This document shows positions 1 through 10,433 of a stretch of DNA of 64,000 nt, one piece after another. Both the position numbers and the translations under genes were made by a program. Every line of letters begins with the position of its first letter. Position 1 is the first letter of the stretch. This stretch comes from Candidatus Acidiferrum sp. (GTDB lineage: Bacteria > Acidobacteriota > Terriglobia > Acidiferrales > UBA7541), in assembly GCA_041476465.1 (NCBI GenBank), contig JBGOTL010000001.1, positions 25,724-89,723 on the forward strand. Direction: 5' to 3'. The notes beneath the pieces are model-generated. The model saw only the letters and a program-made list of their open reading frames with translations, had not been told where the DNA came from and did not search any database.

Positions 1-549
1 AGCGCGGACATTGCCGTTGAACGGAGACCAGGTTTTTCCGGCGTCGGTGGAGCGAAACGCTCCCGCAGCGGAGATCCCAGCGATCAGGCGCCCCCGGCCG
101 AGGCATTGGATGGAGTGGACCATCATGCCACCAGCGCCGGCGTTCCACTTTGCGCGCGTTGCATGAAGGCTCAGGCCGCGCACCATTTCCCAGTTTGCGC
201 CGTTATCGGCGCCGAGGTACACAACACCGGGCTCGTCATCGGCGCCGGGTGCGATATGCCAGATGCGCTTCAGCGTAGCGTCGGGAATGTCTTTGACTTC
301 GAGGCCTTTTTCGGAGACTTGCCAGGTCTTGCCGTGGTCGGTGCTGACCTCAAGATGCGAGCCAAACCAGGCCGTTCCCACAGCGGCATAGTGGCGCTTG
401 GGATCGCGCGGATCCTGCGCGACGTGATGAACTTCCTGACCGGCAAAGAAGGGGCCGTCGGCGCTCCACTTCTTGCGGTCCTTGGAAGAAAATGCGAAGG
501 CGCCCTTGCGGGTACCGACCCAGATTTTCAGCGAGGAATTTCGCGGCAT
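1..549 (-). CDS. BNR/Asp-box beta-propeller protein (exo-alpha-sialidase-like/WD40-YVTN), 3' part outside window
   Basis: Not in the ORF track because it has no stop in the window. Manual translation from ATG 549 (GGAGG upstream): MPRNSSLKIWVGTRKGAF...STDHGKTW...FRSTDAGKTW, with Asp-box motifs; frame open to base 1. Confidence 0.8.
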   Translation of the reverse strand, partial: MPRNSSLKIWVGTRKGAFAFSSKDRKKWSADGPFFAGQEVHHVAQDPRDPKRHYAAVGTAWFGSHLEVSTDHGKTWQVSEKGLEVKDIPDATLKRIWHIAPGADDEPGVVYLGADNGANWEMVRGLSLHATRAKWNAGAGGMMVHSIQCLGRGRLIAGISAAGAFRSTDAGKTWSPFNGNVRA

Positions 550-991
550 GTGGCGCCTCCGGTCGATGTGAATGTGTTGATCGAGGGAAAGCTGGCGAAA
601 GCATAACTTACAACAGAGGAAGGAAGAGGCCAATCGGGCTTTTCCGGGGAATATGGGGGCGCGAGGCTGCCCCGAGAAGATGAAGTGATTCTCAGAGGAT
701 GCGGGCAAGGGCAAGAGTTCTTCTCAATCTGAAACGTGAATTGAGAATGGGCTTGTTGCGCCCAGGTTTACCTGGGACCTACGAGTGCTTCGTCGCGGGC
801 CGGTGTGGGGCGCATGTCTAGTGGATGCAAGCAGTTAGACGGGCCCGGAGGGGTGTTTGTGTTCAAGGAACGTGGTGGTGAAATGGATGGAGCGATGGCC
901 GCGAGCATGCACCATTTCTAAAGGCGGGTGAGTAACCGGAAGAGGATTGTCGCAAAGGCAAGTCCTCGCACAGCTGCTCAAAGGTCGCACG

Positions 992-1333
992 ATGAAAAAA
1001 CAACGCCATCGCAAATACTGCCGCGGATTCTTAACCTGCTCTTTGATGATGCTTTCCTGCATGTTCCTGAGCCACGCCCAAGAAAATAGCCGAAAGCTAT
1101 TGAAGCGGGTGGAAGCGCAGTATCCGGCCATCTTGAAGAGCCGGGGCATTGGCGGGACGGTGCGCTTGAAGGTGGTCATCAAACCAGATGGAGCGGTGAA
1201 GGGCGTGGAAATTATCGGCGGGAGCGCGATATTGGCGGATTCTGCCGTGGCGGCCGTCAATCAGTGGCGGTTTTCACAAGGTGCAGCGGATACGACCATG
1301 GAAGTATCCGTGGTGTTCGATCCCCGTAAGTGA
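992..1333 (+). CDS. TonB C-terminal domain protein (energy transducer TonB-like) with N-terminal signal/TM segment
   Basis: YPAILKSRGIGGTVRLKVVIKPDGAV...AVNQWRF is a TonB_C pattern; start chosen at ATG 992 within ORF 947..1333. Confidence 0.8.
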   Translation: MKKQRHRKYCRGFLTCSLMMLSCMFLSHAQENSRKLLKRVEAQYPAILKSRGIGGTVRLKVVIKPDGAVKGVEIIGGSAILADSAVAAVNQWRFSQGAADTTMEVSVVFDPRK

Positions 1334-1526
1334 GGGATCGCAATCATTCATCGCAAGAACGCTAGCTCACTCTAGCCGTGTTTTTTCTCCAGACAATCTT
1401 CCGTAGACGTAAATCTTCATTTTCATGATGGAGCTCCATGGGGATTCTACAGGAAGACGACGAGAGAAAAGAGAAAAGACCGAGGATGCAAGGACCGAGA
1501 TGGAGACAACGCGAGAAAAGAGCGGT

Positions 1527-2498
1527 CTACTTCTTGAATTCCAGCCGTTGGCGCTGCAGCTTGTTGGCGGTGGTGCGTAGGGTTTCGGGCACATTTTTGT
1601 TCGTCGTGAGCTTTTTTAGGTCCATGGCATTCAGCATGGGAAGCATGTGCAACGTGACATCTAGCGGCGTTTTCGGATTGTTCAAGAGATTGCGGACCAC
1701 GGAATAGTTTTTGCGGAAGTTGCGATTGTTGGCGATGAGGCGAAGAATTTCGTCGGTGAGGCTGGACATGGAAGCGAAGGCTTCCACTTCCTGGTCGGTG
1801 AGACGCGGGGATTGCAGGACGGCGCGCTGAACAACTTTATTGGAGTCACGAATAAGGGTACGGCGCGCTTCGGAACCGCCCTTGATGGCGAACTGAACGC
1901 GCTGGGAGACGGTCATGGTGGCCAGCTTCTGCAAGAGAGTCTGGCGGCGAGAGATGTCGGGTTCGGCTTCCGCGGCGGCTTCGGCCAGAGCGGCTTCGTC
2001 GATGGCGGCGCCAGAGCCGAGGAGTTCGTGGAGCAGATTCTTCTGCTCCGCGGTGATGGAGGTGGAATGCTGGAGTGCGGCGGCGAGCGAAGGGGAATCG
2101 CTAACGCGATCCAAGTCTTCCATGAGCGCCTGAATGCCCAGGGTGGAGAGATGGCGGGCGACGGGCAAGAGATTCTCGGCGGAACAATTTTTGTTCTGCA
2201 CCAGCGCGTCGCAAATGCCGGGTTTGTCGGCGAGATTTTTCGCGGCATAAGAGAAGAGCGCGGGCAGGGCCTTCTCGCGCTTGAGGGCTTCGAGGAAAGA
2301 TTCCACGGGCTGTGAGAGCAGGGCATCCTGCGCGCGGTTCGCCACCATTTCATCGGGATCGTTCGCGAGGACGGAAAGAATCTCGGCGCGGTCCGGGGGA
2401 AGGAGATGCGCGCCACCAGTACACACGGCCATTTTGCGCTCGCGCGGGGCGCGTCCGTGACGCAAATCTTCCAAGACTTCAGGGCTGAGTGTTTCCAT
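1527..2498 (-). CDS. Conserved hypothetical alpha-helical repeat protein
   Basis: 323-aa ORF with host codon usage and repeated NP(K)TP-type helical motifs; start overlaps the rodZ-like gene end. Confidence 0.75.
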   Translation of the reverse strand: METLSPEVLEDLRHGRAPRERKMAVCTGGAHLLPPDRAEILSVLANDPDEMVANRAQDALLSQPVESFLEALKREKALPALFSYAAKNLADKPGICDALVQNKNCSAENLLPVARHLSTLGIQALMEDLDRVSDSPSLAAALQHSTSITAEQKNLLHELLGSGAAIDEAALAEAAAEAEPDISRRQTLLQKLATMTVSQRVQFAIKGGSEARRTLIRDSNKVVQRAVLQSPRLTDQEVEAFASMSSLTDEILRLIANNRNFRKNYSVVRNLLNNPKTPLDVTLHMLPMLNAMDLKKLTTNKNVPETLRTTANKLQRQRLEFKK

Positions 2499-3258
2499 TG
2501 GGTGCCTGCCTCAAATCCTTCTGGCTAAGCACTATTGTACCGGATGAGCCGGGAGCGCCGATGGGCGGCATAGCTTGGCCGTTCAATTCCAGCAACACGG
2601 CGCTGGAGTCCGTGGCGAAGATTTCAAACTGCCGCGATGCGGAGAAATGGCGATTCTCGCCTGCGCCAAGTTCCGCATCGAGGATGACCTTATCATCGGC
2701 GAGGATGCGGACGCGGGCGGCGGCGGAGGTGGAAATGGAGAGTTGGAGAGGTGTAGAAGTTGCGGCGGAGAGGGGAATCGGAGCCGCAGCGGGGGCGCTT
2801 GCGGCGGCCAGTGGGGGCGGGGATTGCGGCGGAACGTGCAATGTCGCGGCGGCCGCATGTCTTGCCGCGCGGTGAGCGGAGTAACGGCGCCAGCCATAAC
2901 GTCCGGCGGCGAACAATCCTGCAAGAACAATGAGGATGCCAAGAACAGCAAGGGCCGGGAGCCATCTAGGTAAGGGCGGGATACGGTTTTCAACCGGCGG
3001 CGGAGCAGCAGCGGCCTGATCGGCGCGGGCAAGATCGTATTCGCCGAGGAGGCTCTCTTCGTCCAGTCCGAGGTAATGGGCCACGGCGCGGACGAACCCG
3101 CGGTTGAATACGCCGCCGGGAAGTTTCCGCCAGTCTTCGTTTTCCAAAGCTTCAAGGAAGCGCGTGCCGATGCGTGTGGCAGCGGTAATTTCCGCGAGGG
3201 TGACTTCGCGCATCTCGCGTTCGCGCTTCAGGCGTTCTCCGAAATTTCCCATGGCCAT
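2479..3258 (-). CDS. rodZ: RodZ-like protein (N-terminal HTH, TM helix, DUF4115-like C-terminus)
   Basis: FGERLKREREMR...LEALENEDW..LPGGVFNRGFVRAVAHYLGLD HTH_25 motif, single TM segment, C-terminal beta domain (ELNGQ). Confidence 0.8.
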   Translation of the reverse strand: MAMGNFGERLKREREMREVTLAEITAATRIGTRFLEALENEDWRKLPGGVFNRGFVRAVAHYLGLDEESLLGEYDLARADQAAAAPPPVENRIPPLPRWLPALAVLGILIVLAGLFAAGRYGWRRYSAHRAARHAAAATLHVPPQSPPPLAAASAPAAAPIPLSAATSTPLQLSISTSAAARVRILADDKVILDAELGAGENRHFSASRQFEIFATDSSAVLLELNGQAMPPIGAPGSSGTIVLSQKDLRQAPNGNTQP

Positions 3259-3456
3259 GAATGGAAACCTGTGCCCGACGACTCCAAGTGTAACCGCAAG
3301 CGGTTAACGAAAGGTGCTGTGGAATCCCCTCGACGGCACTATAGGCGGGTGAAACATGGGCTGTCAAACAAAGGGGTTGGGGCGTCTTGCTGCCGTGGAA
3401 AGTGTCGCCGCTTGTGATATGGATGGCAAGATGGGAACGCCTGTACCACGAGCGGG

Positions 3457-3486
3457 TTGCACCTTTTTTTGCGAGGGGCCTATACT
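3457..3486 (+). promoter_or_regulatory. Putative sigma70 promoter of the GAF-GGDEF gene
   Basis: TTGCAC-N18-TATACT. Confidence 0.5.
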
Positions 3487-3590
3487 GACCAAAGATAAAC
3501 GGAGCTGGGAGAAGTGTATTTGCCGGGGCGTGTTCTGAACCTGGGATGCGCCAAGTCAGCTAAAATTCATAGAATCAGGTCCATCGAAAC

Positions 3591-4712
3591 GTGGAGGAAG
3601 CCAAGCAGTTTCCGGCCGTAGAGCGCCGCCGCAATCCCGGTGTTCCATTCGAACAGCGGGAGGCGGGAGAAGTCGCCGTCTTCCAGGAGTTAGGGAAGGC
3701 GCTGACATCGTCGCTGCAGCTCGATCAGGTTCTCCGCACGATCATGGAGAAGATCGACGAATTTCTGCGCCCGGATAACTGGTCGCTGCTGCTGCTGGAT
3801 GAAGCGAAACAAGAATTGTATTTTGAGCTGGCGGTCGGCAAAGCTTCGCAGGCGTTGAAGGATGTGCGCGTAAAGATGGGACAAGGGATTGCCGGGTGGG
3901 TGGCGGAGCACGGCGAAGTGGTGATCGTGCCGGATACCTCCAAGGACACGCGTTTTTTCGGGAAGGTAGACGAGAAAACGAAGATGGAGACGCGCTCGAT
4001 CGTGGCCGTTCCGGTGAAATTTCGCGACACCTGTCTGGGCGTGATCGAGCTGATCAATTGCGTGGGGCCGGAGGGATTCGATCCGCGGGACTTGAAGCTG
4101 CTGGAAGCGCTTTCTGACTTTGCAGCCATCGCGCTGGAGAACGCGCGGCACGTGAAACGAATTCACGAGCTGACCATCACCGACGATTGCACGACGCTGT
4201 ATAACGCGCGGCACATGGGATCTATCCTGGATACAGAGATCTACCGGTCGCAGCGGTATAACTACGAATTTTCGCTGGTGTTCATCGATCTTGACTATTT
4301 CAAGCAGGTGAACGACACGCACGGCCATCTGGTCGGGTCGCGGCTGCTGGCGGAAATCGGCAACGCGATGAAAATACGTTGCCGGTTGATCGATTTTGCG
4401 TTTCGTTATGGCGGGGATGAATTTGTGATCTTGCTGCCGCAGACTTCCAAGGACAATGCGTTGAACGTGGCCCGGAGATTACACAAGTTGATCCGCGAGA
4501 CGCCCTGGCTGGAGGCGGAAGGCCTGAACATAAAGATAACGGCAAGTTTGGGGGTAGCGTCCTACCCGCTGGATTCGCGGACCAAAGAGGGCTTGCTGCA
4601 CCTGGCGGATGAAGCGATGTACCTGGTGAAGAATACGAACCGGGACAGCGTGGCGGCGGCGAATATTGGAATTTTACCGCCGTGGCCGGCGGGCGCGGAA
4701 TCGGCGGAGTAG
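3591..4712 (+). CDS. GAF-sensor diguanylate cyclase
   Basis: N-terminal GAF domain; GGDEF motif (FRYGGDEF) with RxxD I-site (RLID); GTG start. Confidence 0.92.
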   Translation: MEEAKQFPAVERRRNPGVPFEQREAGEVAVFQELGKALTSSLQLDQVLRTIMEKIDEFLRPDNWSLLLLDEAKQELYFELAVGKASQALKDVRVKMGQGIAGWVAEHGEVVIVPDTSKDTRFFGKVDEKTKMETRSIVAVPVKFRDTCLGVIELINCVGPEGFDPRDLKLLEALSDFAAIALENARHVKRIHELTITDDCTTLYNARHMGSILDTEIYRSQRYNYEFSLVFIDLDYFKQVNDTHGHLVGSRLLAEIGNAMKIRCRLIDFAFRYGGDEFVILLPQTSKDNALNVARRLHKLIRETPWLEAEGLNIKITASLGVASYPLDSRTKEGLLHLADEAMYLVKNTNRDSVAAANIGILPPWPAGAESAE

Positions 4713-4911
4713 CTTAGCTCGGCAGCTGTTCTCTCATTTTTCTTCGTGCCAGCACTTTACATTGAGATCCTTTCCGGCAGGGCCGGAATCTTCCATCGCG
4801 CCCCGGCAGGAGCCGAGACGCACAGGATGACCGTTCCTAGAAACTCTATTTCGACCCACAAGCTCTTTTCCTGTTCTATACACCCATCCGAAATTTTGCT
4901 TAACTGAAAGT

Positions 4912-7233
4912 ATGAAGAGAAGCGAAGCGGCGAAGTATGCGCGATGGTCGGCGGCCGTGGCGCTGGCGCTTGCGGGCGTGACGGGCGTGGTGTACCTGGA
5001 GCGCGGATGGGTGGCGCATAGGGAGAGGAAGGCCGCGCCCGCTCCCGCCCCGCACGATGTGGAACGGCAGTCCAGCGGGTTGACGTTTTCGAAAGTGGAT
5101 GGAAACCGGACGATCTTCACGGTGCAGGCCTCGAAGTCGGTTGATTTCAAGGGCAAAGAGGCTAGCTTGCTGGAGGATGTGCGGATCACCATCTTCGGGA
5201 AGACCGGCGAGCGGCACGATGTACTGCACACGCAGAGCTGCCAGTATGGAAAAGAGAACGGGAGCATTACCTGCAGCGGGGACGTGCGGATGGAATTGCA
5301 GAGCGCGGCCGATGTGGAGCGCGGTGCGGCGCCGGGCATGACGGTGGAAACGCGCGGCGTAACTTTTGAACGAGCCAGCGGCCTGGCGCGGACCGAGCAA
5401 CCCGTGAAGTTTGTGTTTCCGAATGGGAAAGGCGAAGCGGTGGGAGCGGATTATCGCTCCGAGGAAGGAACGTTGCGGCTGCTGCGGGACGTTCGGCTAG
5501 CGCTGGCGCAGCCCACGGGTAGCAATGGGAAAAAGAAAGCCGCGAATGCTGCGGGGGAAGAAGTCCGGGTGTCGGGCAGCAGCCTGGAAATTGGCCGGAA
5601 TACGCGAACGATGAATCTGCAGGGTCCGGCGGAAGCAGAAACCGGGACGCAGAAATTAACAGCGGGGGAAATATCGCTGGTGCTCGATGCTGGATTTCAT
5701 GCGGAAAGACTCGTAGCGCGAGCGGGTGGGTCAGGAAAGCGGCCGGAATTGGCGTCGCTGGGAGGCCGCGGAACGATGGCGTTGAGCGCCGATGAGCTGA
5801 GGGCGCAATTTGCCCCGGAAGGGTGGGTGGCGCGGGTCGAAGCGAGCGGCGCGGTGCAAGGCTCGCTGCAGGGTGCCTTAGAAAAAGACGAGATGACGGC
5901 GGATAGCGGGGGAGTGGAGATGTGGGCGCGCGTGAGTCAGCCAAAGACGCTGGACTTGAACGGGAATGTTCATTTGCAAACGCAAAATAGTAAGACGGGC
6001 GAAGGCCGGACGCTGCAGACCAGCGCACTGCATGTGGATTTCAGCGGGGGCAAGGAAGGAGAGGCGAGCCGCCCGGTTAAAGCGGAGACGCGGGGCGCGG
6101 GGAGCATGGAGTGGACCGAAGCTGGGACGCAACCAGGCGGCACAGGGGCGCAGACACGATTAGCGGCAGACAAACTGGCAGTGGATTTTGGCGCGCTAGG
6201 AAAAGCCAGGCAACTCGTGGCGACCGGGAATGTGCAGACGGAGAGAACCGCGGCGGGGCGTGCGGCACAAACGGCTACGGCGCAGAGCGGCGTGGCGCAA
6301 CTTGCAGCGGGCGGCGGCTGGTCGCAAATGGATTTGCAAGGCGCAGTAAAGCTTAGGGAAGGCGAGCGCAGCGCGCAGGCGGAGCACGCCGTATTTCTAC
6401 GCGCGGCACAGTCCGCGGCTTTGACGGGGCAAGCTGTAGTCCGCGACGCCTCGACCGAGACGCATGCCGCTCGGATTACTTTTCTTCAGGGAACGGGTGA
6501 CATTCGTGCGGAAGGCTCAGTGCGCTCAACAGATTTTGCGCAGAGGGGAAGCACGGTGCATCTGGCAGCAGCGCCGGCGAATATCAGCTCGGATGGAATG
6601 CAGGCGAATTCCAAGGCCGGGCGGGCCGTGTACACCGGGCATGCGCGGCTGTGGCAGGGCGATTCGGTACTGGAAGCGGAGTCCATTGAGTTGCATCGGG
6701 ATTCTCGGGTGCTGACTGCTTCCGGAAACGTGCGAGCGGTGTTTCCGCAAGTGATGGTGGAAACGGCGGCGCAGGCGCCTGGCTCGCAGGGCACACGGAA
6801 AGGACCGATGCTGTGGCACGTATCAGCGGGAACACTGAACTACCAGGAGGTGGAGAATCGAGCACACCTGGAGCGCAATGTGGTGGTGCAGTCTGCAGAA
6901 CAAAGGATGCGCGGGGCCGCGCTGGATCTGTACTTCATGCGCGGCGGCGTGAGTGGACAGAACACCGGCGGCGGGGCGCAACAGATCAGCCGGGCGACGG
7001 GCACGGGCGGGGTGGTCGTGGAGCAGGGCGAACGGCGGGGGACCGGGGAACGCGGCGAGTACACCGCGGCGGACGGAAAATTTGTATTAAGCGGCGGAAA
7101 TCCAACGCTCTATGACGCTTCGAACGGCACGACGACGGGGCGTCAATTGACCTTCTTTTTAGCGGATGATACGATCATCGTTGACTCAGAAAATGGTTCG
7201 CGGACGTTGACGAGACACAAAGTTGAGAAATGA
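4912..7233 (+). CDS. LPS export LptC/LptA(OstA)-repeat fusion protein
   Basis: 773 aa, N-terminal TM anchor followed by tandem beta-jellyroll-like repeats; directly upstream of lptB. Confidence 0.8.
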   Translation: MKRSEAAKYARWSAAVALALAGVTGVVYLERGWVAHRERKAAPAPAPHDVERQSSGLTFSKVDGNRTIFTVQASKSVDFKGKEASLLEDVRITIFGKTGERHDVLHTQSCQYGKENGSITCSGDVRMELQSAADVERGAAPGMTVETRGVTFERASGLARTEQPVKFVFPNGKGEAVGADYRSEEGTLRLLRDVRLALAQPTGSNGKKKAANAAGEEVRVSGSSLEIGRNTRTMNLQGPAEAETGTQKLTAGEISLVLDAGFHAERLVARAGGSGKRPELASLGGRGTMALSADELRAQFAPEGWVARVEASGAVQGSLQGALEKDEMTADSGGVEMWARVSQPKTLDLNGNVHLQTQNSKTGEGRTLQTSALHVDFSGGKEGEASRPVKAETRGAGSMEWTEAGTQPGGTGAQTRLAADKLAVDFGALGKARQLVATGNVQTERTAAGRAAQTATAQSGVAQLAAGGGWSQMDLQGAVKLREGERSAQAEHAVFLRAAQSAALTGQAVVRDASTETHAARITFLQGTGDIRAEGSVRSTDFAQRGSTVHLAAAPANISSDGMQANSKAGRAVYTGHARLWQGDSVLEAESIELHRDSRVLTASGNVRAVFPQVMVETAAQAPGSQGTRKGPMLWHVSAGTLNYQEVENRAHLERNVVVQSAEQRMRGAALDLYFMRGGVSGQNTGGGAQQISRATGTGGVVVEQGERRGTGERGEYTAADGKFVLSGGNPTLYDASNGTTTGRQLTFFLADDTIIVDSENGSRTLTRHKVEK

Positions 7234-7265
7234 TCTGACCGCATTGCGGTCACCAGTGAAGAGGT

Positions 7266-7991
7266 ATGCTGAAGCTCCAGGCCGTCGAGTTAAGCAAATC
7301 GTATCGCGGGCGCAGGGTCGTTGACGACGTTGAGCTGGAGATCGGCCAGGGTGAAGTGGTGGGGCTCCTGGGTCCCAACGGCGCGGGAAAGACGACCACG
7401 TTCTATATATTGGTTGGTCTCGCGCGACCCGATTCCGGCCGAGTTCTGCTGAACGGCGAAGAGATCACCGACCTCCCGATGTACCTCCGGGCCCGCAGTG
7501 GAATCAGCTACCTTCCCCAGGAACCCTCGGTTTTTCGCCAACTGACCAGCGAAGAGAACTTACTAGCGGTGCTGGAAACGCTCCCATTGACGCCCGAACA
7601 GCAGCGCGACCGGCTGGAAGAGCTGCTCGTGCAGATGGGACTGGAGACCGTGCGGCAGAGCAAAGCTTATACGCTTTCCGGCGGAGAGCGGCGGCGGCTG
7701 GAAATTGCGCGCTCGCTGACGCTCCAACCATCGTTTATGTTGCTGGATGAGCCGTTCTCCGGGATTGATCCTCTTACGGTCAAGGATTTGCAAGACATTA
7801 TTCGCGAGTTGAGCCGCTCCGGGATCGGCGTGCTGATTACCGATCATAACGTGCGGGAAACACTAAACGTCACGGACCGCGCATACATCGTGAATCATGG
7901 CAAGATAATGAAGAAGGGAACACCAGAAGAGCTGAGCAACGATCCTGAAGTCCGCCGGGTGTACCTGGGCGATAGCTTTCGCCTGAACTGA
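7266..7991 (+). CDS. lptB: LPS export ABC transporter ATP-binding protein
   Basis: GPNGAGKTT Walker [20 protein letters not shown]; lptB-rpoN synteny. Confidence 0.96.
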   Translation: MLKLQAVELSKSYRGRRVVDDVELEIGQGEVVGLLGPNGAGKTTTFYILVGLARPDSGRVLLNGEEITDLPMYLRARSGISYLPQEPSVFRQLTSEENLLAVLETLPLTPEQQRDRLEELLVQMGLETVRQSKAYTLSGGERRRLEIARSLTLQPSFMLLDEPFSGIDPLTVKDLQDIIRELSRSGIGVLITDHNVRETLNVTDRAYIVNHGKIMKKGTPEELSNDPEVRRVYLGDSFRLN

Positions 7992-8032
7992 GGCGTTAGA
8001 ATCAGGGTAGCCAAGGGAAGAACGGGACGGAA

Positions 8033-9475
8033 ATGGCCTGGCAGGGACTCAAACTAAACCTCAGGGTGGCGCAGAAGCAGATTCTGACGCCGGGCCTGGT
8101 GCAAATGGTCAGCGTGCTGGCGCTGAACCGGCTGGAACTGCGCGAGATGATCAACCAGGAGATGATTGCGAATCCCGTCCTCGAAGAGCAGAGCGAAGAG
8201 CCCACCGCGACCGACAACTACAGCGACGAAACATTTTTGAAGGCGGAGACCGAAAAGGTTCCGGAGAAGCCTGAGCCGAATCCGTTCGATGAGTTCGATG
8301 TGGGAAGTTTCTTCAACCAGTATCTGGATTCCGGCGGAGACGGCGGAAAATCGCAGGAGCGGGAAGTTTCCGAGCGGCCTTCTTTCGAGAAATTTCTCTC
8401 CTCACCGAGCGGACTCAGCGACCACCTGGCGTGGCAATTGAGCGTCACCATCTGCTCCGAGACGGTCAAGGAGATTGCGGAGAGCATCATCGGAAACCTG
8501 GATGAGAATGGGTATCTGATGGCCTCTCCGGAAGAACTGGCGCAAGAAGGGAAATATTCGCAGGATGATCTGGAAGACGCGCTGGCGGTGGTGCAGGATT
8601 TTGATCCCATCGGTGTGGGTGCGAAAGACCTGCGCGAATGCTTGCTGCTGCAATTGAAGGCGTTTGATCCACAGAATACCCTGGCGCACCAGATTGTCTC
8701 CGAGCACCTGAAGCAGGTGCAGTCCAATCAACTGAAGGAAGTTGCGCGGGCGCTGAACCGTCCGCTGGAAGTGGTGAAGCGCTCGATCGAGGTGATCAAG
8801 AAGCTGGATCCGCGGCCGGGGCTGCGCTACAACAAAACGGAGCCGCGGCTGGTCGAGCCGGATGTGTACTTCCGGAAAGTGGACGACCAGTGGGACGTCT
8901 TTCTGAATGAAGATGATATGCCGCAACTGCGCCTGAGCCCGACCTACCGGCGCCTGCTGGCGCGGGATGCGGCGGACAAGGACGTGCGGAATTACGTCAA
9001 GGAGCGCTTCACGGCCGCGATTCAGCTGATGAAGAACATCGAGCAGCGGAAGCACACGATTTTGCGCGTGTGCCAGTCCATCATCGCGCGGCAAGGCGAT
9101 TTTCTAAGACTGGGGCCGGATGCGCTGAAGCCGATGATGATCAAGGAAGTGGCGGAAGAAGTGGGCGTGCACCCTTCGACGGTGAGCCGCGCGGTAGCCA
9201 GCAAGTACGCGCATACCCCGCAGGGGGTGATCGAGCTGCGGTCGTTCTTCAGCGAATCGGTGAACGGTCCGGAGGGCGGCGGGATGTCGCTGCTGACTCT
9301 GAAGCGGGTGGTGAAGAAGATGATTGAGGAAGAGGATTCCGCAAAGCCGCTGACGGACGAGCAAATCGCCCATAAACTGGATGACGCGGGCATTCACGTG
9401 ACGCGGCGCACGGTCGCAAAGTACCGCGAAGACATGCGCATTCCCAGCACCCACCAGCGCCGGGTGAAGAGCTGA
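8033..9475 (+). CDS. rpoN: RNA polymerase sigma-54 factor
   Basis: RpoN box TRRTVAKYRE; HPSTVSRA HTH. Confidence 0.98.
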   Translation: MAWQGLKLNLRVAQKQILTPGLVQMVSVLALNRLELREMINQEMIANPVLEEQSEEPTATDNYSDETFLKAETEKVPEKPEPNPFDEFDVGSFFNQYLDSGGDGGKSQEREVSERPSFEKFLSSPSGLSDHLAWQLSVTICSETVKEIAESIIGNLDENGYLMASPEELAQEGKYSQDDLEDALAVVQDFDPIGVGAKDLRECLLLQLKAFDPQNTLAHQIVSEHLKQVQSNQLKEVARALNRPLEVVKRSIEVIKKLDPRPGLRYNKTEPRLVEPDVYFRKVDDQWDVFLNEDDMPQLRLSPTYRRLLARDAADKDVRNYVKERFTAAIQLMKNIEQRKHTILRVCQSIIARQGDFLRLGPDALKPMMIKEVAEEVGVHPSTVSRAVASKYAHTPQGVIELRSFFSESVNGPEGGGMSLLTLKRVVKKMIEEEDSAKPLTDEQIAHKLDDAGIHVTRRTVAKYREDMRIPSTHQRRVKS

Positions 9476-9488
9476 GCCGGCGACTCCT

Positions 9489-10364
9489 GTGAAGCGGCCC
9501 ACCAGACACGAAGGACGCCAGCTCGTCATCTTGACGGGTCTTTCCGGCTCCGGGAAAAGTACCGTTCTAAAAGCCCTTGAAGACATGGGCTTTTATTGCG
9601 TGGACAACCTGCCCGTGGAACTCATCCCTATTTTTGCGGAGCTGCATGCGGCGGGCGAGGGGGACTTTGCGCGCGCGGCCTTGCTGGTGGATGCCCGCGA
9701 GGGTGCGCAGCTTGAAAAGCTGCCCCCGCTGCTGAGGCATTTGCGCAACGATCATCCGATCACCCTTGTCTATATCGAAGCGAACGAGGATGCGCTCCTG
9801 CGGCGCTACAGCGAGACGCGACGCCCGCATCCGCTCGGGAAAGATTTTTCGGTGCGCGAAAACCTGCGGCACGAGCGCGCCCTGATGGAGCCCATCCGCA
9901 AACTGGCGGATGTGGTGATCGACAGTTCGCAATTCAATATGCACGAATTGCGGCACTTTGTGACGGCGCGGTTCAAGAATCCCGACAAGCGCCCGATTCT
10001 GGTGTCGGTGGTGAGTTTCGGGTACAAGTACGGAGTGCCGACGGACGCCGATCTGGTGTTTGACGTGCGTTTCCTGCCGAATCCTTATTTTGTTTCGCGG
10101 CTGCGGCGTTTCACCGGAAAAGATATCAAGGTGCGGCGGTACATCCGGTCGTTTTCGCAGACTGGAGAATTTCTGCGGCGCATCGAGGGCTTGCTGACCT
10201 ATCTGATTCCGCATTACATCCGCGAAGGAAAGAGCTACCTGACGATCGCCTTTGGATGCACCGGCGGGAAACACCGTTCGGTGATGCTCGGGGAAGAGAT
10301 GAAGAAAGCGCTCGAGAAGCGCGGATTTTCCTCGAAAGTGTTCCACCGGGATATCGAAAAGTAG
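9489..10364 (+). CDS. rapZ: RNase adapter protein RapZ (YvcJ/YhbJ P-loop protein)
   Basis: GLSGSGKS, VDNLP, FDVRFLPNP, GCTGGKHRSV motifs; GTG start. Confidence 0.96.
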   Translation: MKRPTRHEGRQLVILTGLSGSGKSTVLKALEDMGFYCVDNLPVELIPIFAELHAAGEGDFARAALLVDAREGAQLEKLPPLLRHLRNDHPITLVYIEANEDALLRRYSETRRPHPLGKDFSVRENLRHERALMEPIRKLADVVIDSSQFNMHELRHFVTARFKNPDKRPILVSVVSFGYKYGVPTDADLVFDVRFLPNPYFVSRLRRFTGKDIKVRRYIRSFSQTGEFLRRIEGLLTYLIPHYIREGKSYLTIAFGCTGGKHRSVMLGEEMKKALEKRGFSSKVFHRDIEK

Positions 10365-10433
10365 GCTGCAGGCTGCGCGCGGGGCGCAATTCAAATATAA
10401 AATCCGTGTTCAGTCCACGATAGGATTAGATTC

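Noticed and set aside
106-606. 166-aa plus-strand ORF and the many other long antisense or alternate-frame ORFs (e.g. 16605..17717, 39535..40482, 40678..41718, 43302..44048)
   Set aside because: Shadow ORFs of GC-rich genes on the opposite strand, with no motifs or RBS.
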